A stretch of DNA of 63,994 bases, the filler included, from Barthelona sp. PAP020 (taxonomy: Eukaryota): assembly GCA_040182905.1 (NCBI GenBank). It is 3 parts of 3 records of this genome, joined end to end, with 100 filler letters (N's around TTAATTAATTAA, not from the genome) between each part and the next. Parts side by side here need not be neighbours in the genome. Positions count along the whole stretch, not along the records: positions 50,679 to 63,994 come from JARQWU010000329.1; 2 more parts are not named here. One strand, written 5' to 3'. Of the stretch, positions 51,804 to 62,985 are shown in pieces. Numbering within the stretch: position 1 is the stretch's first letter; the number at the start of each line of letters is the position of its first letter. A program made the position numbers and the translations under genes. The notes below the pieces were generated by a model that ran no database searches, was not told the origin of the DNA, and was given only the letters and a program-made list of their open reading frames with translations.

Positions 51804-54800
51804 ATGACTTTGAAATATTATTTGGGATTTTTAAATGAGAGATCGATAGAATATTATCAAAAATTAGTTTTTGATGAAAAACAAATTATTTGTAGTATAG
51901 CTGTTGAAAGTGATGTTGTTGTTATTGATTGTACTGAAATGAATATATTTAGTCGTTTTGAACGACAATTTAAGGATAAAATAATTGTTCATGTTTGTGC
52001 TCTCCAAATATTTATCAAAAGACAAATGGCTTTTAAAACTCGAACATGCTTTTCATCTGTATTTGTTGACCAAATTTTTGCAGTTTTAGGATTTAATGAG
52101 AGAGAAGCAGGCAAAATTGCAGATTTAATCCAAATGAATGGTGGTCAAATTTTTTCTCCAAATAAAGATATGCATACTATGGAGTATGAATGTTTGCAAA
52201 TCATTGTTCCTGATGAGGGATTGGAATTAAGCAATTTTGTATTTCAAGCAAAGAAGACATGTATGTATAGGATACAGTTTCTCTATGATTTGATGAAGTA
52301 CCTGTTAAATTATTGCAAATATTATGTGAAAGTGCCTGCAATAGATTATAAATTTTTCCTTGAAAAGAATATTGATCCGATTGGATATTTGTACCCAGCG
52401 TTGAGCAATCTTAACGTTTGTTTGTATCATGTTAACATTAATGAAGAAGACGCCATTCAAAAAATTGAGAGTTTGGGGGGCAAAGTATCACGAACTTTCA
52501 CTGTTAACACTGACTTTATTTTTGATGATAACATCACTGTGGAATTATTGGATTATGCAAAAACACTTGGTTGTAGGGTAGTAAATTCCAGTTGGCTTGT
52601 TGATGATTGTAGAACTCCATTTTTGTTACATCAAAATGAGAGGGTTTGGAATTGCGAAGCCTTATTCTCTCTGAAAAAGAACAAAATTATTGATAGCTCA
52701 AATTTTATTGGATTGAAAGGGAGCATATATAACTGTCCACCCCCTGCATTATGGGAACTATTCAAAAATATTACTTTCTGGTTGGACATTCCTGTTGAGT
52801 CCACAACATGTTCCAAAACCTCGTTAGAGCAATTGATTTTTCAATATGGTGGCACGATTGAGAAGGATATTATGAAAGCGCACTTTGTTATTTCTTGTTC
52901 TCAAAAGGAAAATCATGACCTTGTTACAGATGGATGGAGATCTGTTGAATGGCTATTCCTTTGTATGGCATCTGGTACAATTCATCCAGTGCTGGAAAAT
53001 GATCACCTGTTTCGCTGTTCAAAGATCAAACGTTTTGATCAAAACTCGGATAAAGTGATCTGTTTAATAGGAATAGGGAAGCATTTCTGGACGTGGCGGT
53101 TGTATCTCACGTTTTCAGTTTTAAGTCTTGGTTTTCAATGTTCTTATTCTCCAATAGTAACTTCTTTTTGTATTGTCTGGTGTTTTCCAAAGCATAAGCA
53201 ATACAAAAACAAAAATTCTGATATGAATGGTCAGTTAAGCAGAATATCAAAATTGAAGCGAAAAGGTTTTTGCATTGTGGACTATGCATGGTTGTATGAT
53301 TGTCTAGACAGTGGAGTGTTGTTGAAATTTGACGATTATGTGCTCGAAACAAAGGATGTTTCTGAAAATGTGATTCAAATTCCATCAAATTCTAGTAAAA
53401 GTGTGAAATCTCGGGCGAATTCAAGTCGACCAAATTTGAATCTCTTTGGGTCCATTTCTCAACCTCAAACTGAATTTGAGAAGAATTTTGATCAAAGAAA
53501 CACGTTTATCAGAACTGATTTGAATGAATCTCCTCCTTCTCCAGTTTCTGTTGATATGCCACAATATAGTTCTCAGATATCTCAAGGTGAATCAATGTAT
53601 GATAGAACTCGATCGTTGATTGCATTCAATAAGGAGTTACCCCCTTTAAAAAGCACCCCAGTGCTTCAAAAACTTGAACAAGCACCCAATAAAATGGTTT
53701 TGAGCAATTTAAGACATTCTCCATCTCCACTCAGATCACAACCTCAAGTATCCAGTCATGTTCTTAGACCATCAATTGGTGCATCACAAAAGATTCGAAA
53801 TAGTGAGAGTGCCATTTTGGATTCTGTTGCATACTCTCATTTATCTAAGCACAGTGAACCTTCGATACCTGAGGTTGAAGAGCAAGCATCAACCAAGAAT
53901 TCTACAAAAATACTCTTGGATATATTGCGTGAAGGCCTTCCAAATAATAGAACCAATGATTCTTTTAAAGAATTTGAGGACGATGTGCCCATGATACTAG
54001 ATTATGTTGGTGATTATAACTTTGACCAAACTCAAACATACCTTGCGCCAACAGTTGATATTGGATATGGTATTTGTGAAACTAAATCTCCTGTTAAATC
54101 ACCGATTAAATCTACAGGCAAAACGGATATTTCAAGTGTTTTGGACTCAGGTTCTTCTCAAGCACCCATATATATTTATGCGCCTTCACTTTCGGACCAT
54201 TATTTGCGATCCCTTGAAAAATGTCAGGATAGATTCAACGTTGAAATTGTGGACAATCATATGGAAGCTACCATTGGTGTTGTGAGCAAATTATCACGTG
54301 ATCGCTCAATACTATATCTAATTGCTCAAGGATTACCTATTTTGGTTGAACAATGGTTGTCAGAATGTCTTAAAAGGGAACAATTAGTCAATTATCGACC
54401 TTATGAATACTACACTTTTTTTTTTCAATCTGAGAAGTATCCTAAAGAGTTGTTAAGATTCCAATATGGTCTAATTAAACCAACCGACAAAGATTTGGCA
54501 AAAGCCGCACATGAAAGACGTGTTTTAAGAACAAAACATCAAAGATTGATTTTTGATAATATTCAGCGTGTATTTGTGTATTTAGAGAGGAGGGAAGCTT
54601 CATATATTTGTGATTTATTGAATTTAGGAGGCGCACAGGATATTTATACCATAAGAAATCTCAAGCATTTGGAAAGAGAATGTTGCAACAATCCATTACC
54701 ACCTCAGAATCAACATGAAAATCAATCCATCGTTTTATGTGTTTTGGATGAAGGAATGAAAGATTGTAAGGAGATTCACAGTTATTTAACATTCTGTTCT

Positions 54801-54902
54801 CAATATATTGTGTTTGTTCAGCAAAATTGGGTTGTTGACAGTGTTGTTAATCCAGACGTTGAGCCCTTAAGCTTTCAACATTATGTATTTGAGAAAAAGT
54901 AA
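51804..54902 (+). CDS. Multi-BRCT scaffold, TOPBP1/Dpb11/Rad4-like
   Basis: Several BRCT signatures: IQMNGG, IESLGGKV..VVNSSWLVD, IFQYGGTI..SVEWLFLC, IVDYAWLYDC, ILVEQWLSEC, LNLGGA..NWVVD; Ser/Pro-rich linker. Confidence 0.75.
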   Translation: MTLKYYLGFLNERSIEYYQKLVFDEKQIICSIAVESDVVVIDCTEMNIFSRFERQFKDKIIVHVCALQIFIKRQMAFKTRTCFSSVFVDQIFAVLGFNEREAGKIADLIQMNGGQIFSPNKDMHTMEYECLQIIVPDEGLELSNFVFQAKKTCMYRIQFLYDLMKYLLNYCKYYVKVPAIDYKFFLEKNIDPIGYLYPALSNLNVCLYHVNINEEDAIQKIESLGGKVSRTFTVNTDFIFDDNITVELLDYAKTLGCRVVNSSWLVDDCRTPFLLHQNERVWNCEALFSLKKNKIIDSSNFIGLKGSIYNCPPPALWELFKNITFWLDIPVESTTCSKTSLEQLIFQYGGTIEKDIMKAHFVISCSQKENHDLVTDGWRSVEWLFLCMASGTIHPVLENDHLFRCSKIKRFDQNSDKVICLIGIGKHFWTWRLYLTFSVLSLGFQCSYSPIVTSFCIVWCFPKHKQYKNKNSDMNGQLSRISKLKRKGFCIVDYAWLYDCLDSGVLLKFDDYVLETKDVSENVIQIPSNSSKSVKSRANSSRPNLNLFGSISQPQTEFEKNFDQRNTFIRTDLNESPPSPVSVDMPQYSSQISQGESMYDRTRSLIAFNKELPPLKSTPVLQKLEQAPNKMVLSNLRHSPSPLRSQPQVSSHVLRPSIGASQKIRNSESAILDSVAYSHLSKHSEPSIPEVEEQASTKNSTKILLDILREGLPNNRTNDSFKEFEDDVPMILDYVGDYNFDQTQTYLAPTVDIGYGICETKSPVKSPIKSTGKTDISSVLDSGSSQAPIYIYAPSLSDHYLRSLEKCQDRFNVEIVDNHMEATIGVVSKLSRDRSILYLIAQGLPILVEQWLSECLKREQLVNYRPYEYYTFFFQSEKYPKELLRFQYGLIKPTDKDLAKAAHERRVLRTKHQRLIFDNIQRVFVYLERREASYICDLLNLGGAQDIYTIRNLKHLERECCNNPLPPQNQHENQSIVLCVLDEGMKDCKEIHSYLTFCSQYIVFVQQNWVVDSVVNPDVEPLSFQHYVFEKK

Positions 54903-54930
54903 AATTCTATTGTTTCTTTTTTCTGTTCTT

Positions 54931-55479
54931 TCAAGCTTCATTTTTGGATACTGATTCTAATCTCACAATAGCTTTTGTTAATTCACTAAACAATCGAGTG
55001 ATTTTTAAAGAAAGATTTGCTAACCGAGGATGATTTAAATATGGGATTACTTTTGGTAATTGATCAGAAGAAACATGAATCAGTATTATTTGGTGAAAGA
55101 AATCAATAAACTTGATTCTTGCTTCTTCCAATGTGGCAGTGGTTATAATACTGGTACTGTCTACATTTATGATTGATGTCAATAATGCCCTCCACGAGAT
55201 TTCTCTTCCTCTAAGAATTAGTCCCATTGCAGCAGCAACAAGAGCAACTTCTAATGGTGGGTTATCCAAATTGACTTGTAAAATTGCAGAAATATCATCA
55301 ATGGCAATTGTTTCAATTTCTTTAGATATATTTTCAAAGTATTCTAACGCGAGTATTTGGGTCATATTTGGATAAAGCCTTGGCATTATCGGATAAATTA
55401 CTGAAAAATATGCTACCATGTTTACTAATGATGAGGGTGAAAATATGGTTTGATGATTCCTAACTTGAAAATGGTCCAT
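54931..55479 (-). CDS. Hypothetical protein
   Basis: 182-aa ATG ORF convergent with the BRCT gene. Confidence 0.55.
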   Translation of the reverse strand: MDHFQVRNHQTIFSPSSLVNMVAYFSVIYPIMPRLYPNMTQILALEYFENISKEIETIAIDDISAILQVNLDNPPLEVALVAAAMGLILRGREISWRALLTSIINVDSTSIITTATLEEARIKFIDFFHQIILIHVSSDQLPKVIPYLNHPRLANLSLKITRLFSELTKAIVRLESVSKNEA

Positions 55480-55974
55480 TATTTTTATTGGATCAAAAGC
55501 TTTTTCTTTTAGAAATTAAAGTGTAAAAAGACAGAATCTTTCAAAAAAACTAGAAAGACAACCATTAAAAAAAAAGTAAATTCTTGGAAATGATCAAATA
55601 ATACACTTTTGAACGTTAAATCACAAAGGATATGCCTTATCAACATATTTTCACAAGTAAGATTGTTAAACTTCTTTTCATGTATCATTGTTTCTTAGTC
55701 AGTCATAACAAGGCTTTGTTTGTTGACGAATCAGAATTTCAAAAGATTTTTTGGTTTATTTCAATTGTAAATAATAAATGCGAACTTCTTGTAAAAAAAA
55801 GGATAAATTATTAAGATTGTACATGATAAAATGTGTTTCTCTTATTAAAAGAGATTTTAATGTGTTTATAAATAGTGAATGAAAATGTCCCAAATAAAGA
55901 AAAAAAGACTTTTTTTTTTCAGACCTTCTTTTATTGTTTCTTCTTATCAAAGATTAATCACCGAATAATTTAAG

Positions 55975-57615
55975 ATGAACATGATGCAAAGTCATAATGC
56001 TACATCTAAAGTTGAATTACATATTGGTTTTTCGAATTTAAGAGATTTGGACCTTATTTCACATACAGATCCAATGTGTGCTGTTTATATTTTCGATAAA
56101 CGTTCAAATCAAAAGCAGTTACTTTCTCTAACTGAATGTATTGATGATACTTTAACAGGAAAATTTACAAAATCGATCATTTTGGAATATTATTTTGAAT
56201 TTCCCCAAGAATTGATATTTGAAATGTATGATGTTGATGATAAGGATAATTTAAGTGCCTTGAAGAATCACGATTTTATTGGTTCAACTGGTTGTAATCT
56301 TGCCGATATTCTATGTGCACCAAACCAAACTTTTGAAATGGATTTAAAAAAAGCCGGAGTTGAAGACATTCAAGGTACTATCTCAGTATTATTGGAAGAA
56401 TTGAACGAGAATGCTATATCTTCGGATCTTGTGTTTTTTAATATCAAGTGTTGTAATATTGATCCAAAAAATAGATGGCAAATTTTTAGAAAGAGCGATC
56501 CTTTTATTGTCATTAATCGAAGCAATGAAAGTGGGGAATGGACTCCAGTTTACAAAGGGTCTGTCATTGAGAATACCCTTGATCCTGTTTATCCACAATT
56601 TTCTTTAACTGTTCAAACACTGTGTAATGGTCAAACGGCTAGACCGCTTCGTTTTGACCTCTTTTCCCAAAGATCAGATGGAGATCATAAGTATATTGGT
56701 TCTGTTACTCATACATTGGATGAGTTAGTTCAAAAAGGAACAATGGAGCCTGAAGTCATTTGGTCTCAACACAAACACGATAAATTGGCCCGTGATGGCA
56801 AACCTTATAATGGTTCAGGCCAGTGGATATTCAGTTCTGTTCGTTATCAACACTGTCCTTCATTTTGCGAGTATGTAACTGCTGGATTTGATATTAATCT
56901 TTCAGTTGGAATCGATTTTACTGGCAGTAATGGCAATGTGTATGATGTCAATGGACTTCATAATATATCAGCGGGACTTAGTCAATATGAAATGGCTCTA
57001 CGAGCAGTAGGTAGTATTTTGTATCCATATGACCGTGATCGTTGCATTAACGCTTTTGGATTTGGGGCAAAAATTCCAGATCAACTGTCTCATTGTTTTC
57101 CTCTTGGTGACTATACACAAAACCAAATTACACCTGTATTTAGTGATATTGAAAGTCTTTGTGCTGCATACAGACAAACCGTTTATACCGTTCAGTTCTA
57201 TGGACCAACAATGTTTTCTCCAATTTTGGAAAGGGTCAGAACACAAGCACAAAATTCACGACAATCGTCCTATCAACTCCTTTTGTTATTAACAGATGGT
57301 CAGAATAATGATATGGATGCTGTGGTCAGCGAAATTGTTAAAGCTTCAAGGGAACCAATGTCTATCATAATTGTGGGAATTGGCAATGCTAATTTTTCAG
57401 GGATGAATTTTTTAGATGCAGATGATGGTTTGCTAAAGGATAGAAGAGGTAATGTAGCACAAAGAGATATTGTTCAATTTGTTCCTTTCAACAAATTTAT
57501 TACCAATCCTCAATTATTGGCTTCTGAAACTTTGAAAGAGTTTCCTGGTCAATTCCTTGAATACATGCGAAAGAATAGAATTGAAGTTAATTCAACGTTA
57601 AACATAAATTTATGA
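55975..57615 (+). CDS. Copine (C2-C2-vWA)
   Basis: LRDLDLISHTDPMC, YYFE.PQ, YDVD, KSDPF, VGIDFTGSNG, AFGFGA, YGPTMFSP, LLLTDG, PMSIIIVGIG, RDIVQFVPF. Confidence 0.96.
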   Translation: MNMMQSHNATSKVELHIGFSNLRDLDLISHTDPMCAVYIFDKRSNQKQLLSLTECIDDTLTGKFTKSIILEYYFEFPQELIFEMYDVDDKDNLSALKNHDFIGSTGCNLADILCAPNQTFEMDLKKAGVEDIQGTISVLLEELNENAISSDLVFFNIKCCNIDPKNRWQIFRKSDPFIVINRSNESGEWTPVYKGSVIENTLDPVYPQFSLTVQTLCNGQTARPLRFDLFSQRSDGDHKYIGSVTHTLDELVQKGTMEPEVIWSQHKHDKLARDGKPYNGSGQWIFSSVRYQHCPSFCEYVTAGFDINLSVGIDFTGSNGNVYDVNGLHNISAGLSQYEMALRAVGSILYPYDRDRCINAFGFGAKIPDQLSHCFPLGDYTQNQITPVFSDIESLCAAYRQTVYTVQFYGPTMFSPILERVRTQAQNSRQSSYQLLLLLTDGQNNDMDAVVSEIVKASREPMSIIIVGIGNANFSGMNFLDADDGLLKDRRGNVAQRDIVQFVPFNKFITNPQLLASETLKEFPGQFLEYMRKNRIEVNSTLNINL

Positions 57616-58015
57616 GTTTTTTTTTCCTTTGAGAATAACTTCATGAAAGTCAAATATTGATATTCATTAAATAAGTTTATAGGATAATAAGGTGATTTTA
57701 GGTTGATTTTATGTGGTGTAAATTTTTTTGAAAGTGTTAACAGATTTCAACACAGAAAAATGGACTCTTCTTCAATTTAATCGATTAAATTTTTCTGAAT
57801 TTTTCTGAATTTATGTTTGTTTGTAATTTTCTGAATTTTTATTGAGATACAAGATGAAAACGAAAAAAAAAAAGAAAGACTTTACGAAATCGTTTTAATA
57901 TCAAATATTTAGAAAGCTGAAGTCGTTATTTGTGTTTCATTTCACTTTATATTTCATATAGATATAAATTTTAATTCCAAAACAAAACTAAAACATTAAA
58001 CAATCAGCAATCAGT

Positions 58016-59170
58016 TCAATGAGGTAAAGAACTAACTTGATATAATATTGTTGGAGAATAGAAATAAGCATTGGCACGATAATTCCCTGTTCTAACATAA
58101 TAAGGAAAGTTCCAATCATAAGCCCAAAATCCAACGTCTTTAACTGCATTGTTGTAGAAATTTTGATACATATGTGGTGCTTTGCCGGGTTTGGGTATTC
58201 TACCAAATTTTCTATCCACATAACCGTAGTCATTTCTCGATCTACTTATCATTTCACTCAAAAAAGGTGGTATTATTTTCCCTCCACTACCAATTGTACC
58301 TGTGACATAACCTGTGGCATCATCATAACCATGGTGTATTTTAAATTGATAACAACGTTGATAATCAGCATGCAACCACCCAACAATACGATATATTACG
58401 TCGTAATCTTCGTAATACATAGGATAAAAATTTTCATCGTACAACCCCATTTGAAGGAAAGCTGATCGACTAATGGCAAATGCTTCAAATTCAGGGTGTC
58501 CAGGGACTTGGGCTTCTGATCCACGGAATAAAACTGGAAGACTACCATCTTCTTTTCTTGTCGATTCGATATTTTCAGAAAGAGCCTTCAATGAACCAGG
58601 CAAGAATCGTATATCATCATTACAGGCAAGATGATACTCATAATCCATGTTTTCAGTGGCTATTTCATTCCAAATCGCTGAAACACCTAGATTTCGAGGA
58701 TAGTTAACTATCTTTACATAGGAACCTAGATTCTTCTTTATTCGTCTTAATGCACAGTCCATATTGGTTATGTTTTCATTCCAACCAATGAAAATAGTAT
58801 TTACTGGATAATCAATTGAATATACAGCTCTTTCAATAAAAAAAGGATTTAAAATCGTAGGAAAGCCTATAATAGGTATAGGTTTTAAATCAGGATTTTT
58901 CTTTGGATCAATCTTATCAATTTGAGAAATGTTAAAAGAAACCAATGATTCTTCACATTTACTGGTATCTGTTTCATTAAATTCTCGAATCCATGTTCCC
59001 TTAGAATCATTTCTTGCTCCCATAAAAATATCTAACTTAGTGTAAGTATTATCAATGGTTGTAGTATCAATGATATCAACAATAATATTGGGTTGCCTTA
59101 ATTTTGTAAAAACAATCAGTGCTGTAACTATGGTCGTTATCAGTACAAACAATGAATTGGATTTCTGCAT
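58016..59170 (-). CDS. GT2/GT-A glycosyltransferase, type II membrane protein
   Basis: N-terminal TM; SIDYPV, NLGVSAIWN, CNDDIRF, FAIS, GLYDENFYPMYYEDYD. Confidence 0.85.
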   Translation of the reverse strand: MQKSNSLFVLITTIVTALIVFTKLRQPNIIVDIIDTTTIDNTYTKLDIFMGARNDSKGTWIREFNETDTSKCEESLVSFNISQIDKIDPKKNPDLKPIPIIGFPTILNPFFIERAVYSIDYPVNTIFIGWNENITNMDCALRRIKKNLGSYVKIVNYPRNLGVSAIWNEIATENMDYEYHLACNDDIRFLPGSLKALSENIESTRKEDGSLPVLFRGSEAQVPGHPEFEAFAISRSAFLQMGLYDENFYPMYYEDYDVIYRIVGWLHADYQRCYQFKIHHGYDDATGYVTGTIGSGGKIIPPFLSEMISRSRNDYGYVDRKFGRIPKPGKAPHMYQNFYNNAVKDVGFWAYDWNFPYYVRTGNYRANAYFYSPTILYQVSSLPH

Positions 59171-59354
59171 AAAAAAAAGGTTTGAACATCTTTTCCTTTA
59201 ACTTTTATTCTTTATTCTTTAATTTGTTTGATTAAATACTTATATATGCGTATTTGAAGTTAGGATTCTCTTTTCAAGAATCATTAAGTGACAATTTTCA
59301 AAATTGAAAGTGAATTTTTTTTTGTTGAATGTTATTTCTTTTTAATGAAATTAA

Positions 59355-60254
59355 ATGTATTGTTGCTTTTATGTTTTTATGTTTTTGAGTGTTTTTGCAG
59401 CAATTGATTTGTGCAATAATTCTGATCCAAATTTACCAAATTTGCCAAAATTGAATGGTTTGTTTTTTCGAACTCAAAATATACCAGCCATTATTATAAA
59501 CGGTTTTACAGATGCATTTCAAATTGAAAGGTTAATTTCAACCATAGATTTCCCTGTTGATAACATTTTTATCGGAATTCAGACACAAGACCCAGGACTT
59601 GAATGTGTATGTGAACGGTTAAAACGAAGATATCCAAAAATTGTTCAACTTATTTCATTTGGAGAACCAATAGGGAATGCAGCTGGGATAAATGATATCA
59701 TGATCAGGTTTAAACCCAAATGGGCTTTAATTGTACCACAAGAGATTATATTTAGCAAAGGTACTCTTCAAAAGTTATACAAAACTGCAAATACGTATCC
59801 AAACAAAATTATTCGTTCTGACAACAACATCGGAGTCTTTGTATTGCCAAAAGTTGTTTTTGATCAGATGGGTCTGCTTGACGAAAATTTATTTCCAAGA
59901 TTCTGTGAAGGAACGGATTATATGGAAAGGGCCATTCGTTTAGGGTTTGGGCCAATTTTAGGAGGTTTTGAGGTTGGAATCAATTTTAATACTCCAGAAA
60001 CAAAACAATTAAGAGATGAGGAATATTTGTCAATGCTCGCCAGAGGATATCGCTGTGAAATGTATTTAAAATCTAAATGGGGAGAGAATTATGAATATGA
60101 AAAGCCTTTTGATATAGAGGAGGCTCCTGTTAGTTTTTGGAAATATGAGATAGCAAGAAGATATTTCATTCAATGGGGTGTTTTACGAAATATGCACAAA
60201 TTTGAAAGATTATCAACGGTAATGGATCTTGTCGAATCTTGTGATGTGTTATAA
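59355..60254 (+). CDS. GT2-like paralogue with degenerate catalytic motifs
   Basis: Signal-like N-terminus; IERLISTIDFPVDNIFIG, IGNAAGIN, QMGLLDENLFPRFCEGTDY, YLKSKWG. Confidence 0.78.
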   Translation: MYCCFYVFMFLSVFAAIDLCNNSDPNLPNLPKLNGLFFRTQNIPAIIINGFTDAFQIERLISTIDFPVDNIFIGIQTQDPGLECVCERLKRRYPKIVQLISFGEPIGNAAGINDIMIRFKPKWALIVPQEIIFSKGTLQKLYKTANTYPNKIIRSDNNIGVFVLPKVVFDQMGLLDENLFPRFCEGTDYMERAIRLGFGPILGGFEVGINFNTPETKQLRDEEYLSMLARGYRCEMYLKSKWGENYEYEKPFDIEEAPVSFWKYEIARRYFIQWGVLRNMHKFERLSTVMDLVESCDVL

Positions 60255-61092
60255 ATCTTTTCTTTACAAATATTCCGTTTTGTACAAAACTTATTTTTTA
60301 TTAATGAATAAAATATTTGGTGCTTATTTATTGACAAATGTTCAAGTGTCAAAAGAACAAAAACAAAAAATATAAATTGAGTTTTGGAATTTTCTTTCTC
60401 TTTTGAATTAAATTGAGTATTGAAATTGTTTAAAACAATTCATTTTCACAATTTTTCATAAAGTATTTTGTTAAAGAAAAAATAAAAAATCAAATTGCGA
60501 AAAATTTGATGAAAAACTGTAAAACAATTTCACTTTTTTAACTCACAAATAGTCAAAAACTGATAAAAAAATGTTATTTGTTTTAATATTGAAGGACTAA
60601 AGGATATTAATTTGAAAGAAGAAGAACAATAAGTTTAGTGAAGAAAATAACCCAATATATTGAAAAAAAAAGGTATTAACTTGTTTAATAGATGAATTTT
60701 AAATGAAATAAAATGAAAAAAATAGAGAAATTGTAAAATCATTCTTACTGAAGAGCAAAATTTTTTTTTTCTCATAGAATCAGTTGATTTGTGCAATTTT
60801 TTGCAGAGAGTAATATTTTAATTTATTGATTATTTTTCTTCAACTGAAAAGAGAATGATTAAAATAGTAAAAAATTTTTGAAAACTGGATATTGTAAATT
60901 TTTTTTTTGAAGAGAAATATCAATCTCTGAGGTATAAAAAGGTAATTGAAGGCATTTAAAAAATATTTGAAACCGAATTGGTCTGTTATTTTAATTGAAA
61001 CAGCAAGTTTTGGACAAATTTGTGAAATCTCAAAAAATTGCGAGAGTTTTTTTGACAATTGTCGACTTTTTCTTTATTTTATTTTTTATATA

Positions 61093-61977
61093 ATGAATAC
61101 TACACTGATTAATCCAAATGTATTTGCCAATATTTCTTTAACCCACAAGAATATGAGCAATACTCAATTTCATTTTCGTTCACCTGGTTATACTGGTGTA
61201 ATTGGAAATTATTTGCTTTGTGAAAACCAAAGTGCAGAGTTTTTTCTGGAATTAGGCTTTCAATTTATGGAATTAGCCGAAAAAGATATCAAGAAATATG
61301 TTTTTATTCAACTCTTTTTTGAGGCACCACTTAGTCAAATAACTTCTTTTAATTGTTCACCTGATATATATTTTAACAATTGCAGACCTCAAAAAAAGAG
61401 TCGTGCTTTCATTGAAATATTGGGAAAATTTAATGAAACAGACCTCTCTGGGGGTAATGTTGAAGCGACATATGCAGGCATTTCATACTTTTCAAGAAAA
61501 CCTTTGCTACCCTCAAATTCTCAAGAACAGTTTTCAACTTTTCCAGTGATTGCCAGAATTATTACTAATCATTCTTTTTGGGAAGAGGAAGGATTTTGTG
61601 TTAATTCTTGCCTCAAAAATTCAAATGATTGTCTATTTATAACACAAATGTTTGGAAACAGGAGTTCCAGATGTTCTGTTCATTTGAGAAATACGCCCAC
61701 TATAAATTATCCTTTAGATATTTTAATCGGCTATTCTAAATGTATGGTTGAAGGAAGGTTTGTTGAAGCAGAAATACACAAGAAATTACTGGAAACTCTT
61801 CCACCAGCAAAGTATCAAACAAAAGCCACAGGTGCTCTTCTTCGTCAAATAGCTTATCGGAAAGAATTTTCAAGAATATATCCAGTTGGACAAATTTTTG
61901 ATCACAACGCAAAACTAAAATTTGGAGTAATTTTTCCATTAATTAGTGGATCATTATCTGTAGTTGATAGGCTATAG
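61093..61977 (+). CDS. Hypothetical protein
   Basis: Long ORF; first ATG at 61093 after a T-rich tract. Confidence 0.6.
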   Translation: MNTTLINPNVFANISLTHKNMSNTQFHFRSPGYTGVIGNYLLCENQSAEFFLELGFQFMELAEKDIKKYVFIQLFFEAPLSQITSFNCSPDIYFNNCRPQKKSRAFIEILGKFNETDLSGGNVEATYAGISYFSRKPLLPSNSQEQFSTFPVIARIITNHSFWEEEGFCVNSCLKNSNDCLFITQMFGNRSSRCSVHLRNTPTINYPLDILIGYSKCMVEGRFVEAEIHKKLLETLPPAKYQTKATGALLRQIAYRKEFSRIYPVGQIFDHNAKLKFGVIFPLISGSLSVVDRL

Positions 61978-62278
61978 AATCCACAGTAGTTAGAATTGGT
62001 TGTCTTTGAGCATTAGAATAGTTCAATCCAATCTTTTATCTTTTTTGATTTAACATTTCTTAAATCAATTTTGTATAGTAAATAGTAAATTACCAAATCA
62101 ATTTTTTCTGACTGTCTATTAATTTTTGAATAACTGTTTATTTTTCATCATGTTAAATACAGTAGTTGAAATATTATAATTATGTCAAAGTATAATTGTG
62201 GTTTTTTTGTGAAGTTTGAAAAAAGTCAAGAAGTGATTTTTTTTTTTCAAATTTTTTTTTTATCAATTTTTTGAACTT

Positions 62279-62767
62279 ATGACGGAAGATATTGATTTAA
62301 AAAAACACTGTATTGGAACAGGAACATATCGTGGTTTTCTTTTATTTTGGTTTACCATTTCTTTTTTAATTTTTTGTTTTATGACACTTTATCATCGGTT
62401 TAGAATGGCTGATCCGGAATTAGTATTCTTTTATCTTCATTGTTTCTACTTCTTAATATTTTTTCCCACTTATGTATTGTTGTGGATTAAGGATAGACTT
62501 TTTTTGCCACTTTTAAGTTATACTCTGTTAATATTTTCCATTCTTTTTGAAGGTTTAACCATATTTTTATTCTTTACTGAAACAATTGATTTTTCTATTC
62601 TTTTTGGGCTTTCAACATATGGTGCTAATGTTGTTTTTAGTTTTCTTTTGGTTAGATTGATGAAAAGAGAAGATTATAACAAGAAAGTGGAAAAATTCAA
62701 TCCTTTCAATCAAGGCGATGCAGAATCATATTTATTTGATTATACTAAGGCACATTTGGTTGTATAA
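62279..62767 (+). CDS. Small 4-TM membrane protein
   Basis: 162 aa, four hydrophobic segments. Confidence 0.65.
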   Translation: MTEDIDLKKHCIGTGTYRGFLLFWFTISFLIFCFMTLYHRFRMADPELVFFYLHCFYFLIFFPTYVLLWIKDRLFLPLLSYTLLIFSILFEGLTIFLFFTETIDFSILFGLSTYGANVVFSFLLVRLMKREDYNKKVEKFNPFNQGDAESYLFDYTKAHLVV

Positions 62768-62985
62768 TTTTTTTTTTTGAATAAATTATAAATATATATA
62801 GTATCTTATTTGTTTAAAGGATAAAAGGGTAAAAATCATTTTGAAAGCATTATTTCCCTATTTTTTGAACGTTTTGATATTGTTTTTTTCTTTGTTGATC
62901 AAAAAAGAACAGTAATTAACAATAAATAAGATGTATTTGGTTGAAAAAAAAAGAAAAAAAAGAAAAAAATTTTATGTGTCTAAAG

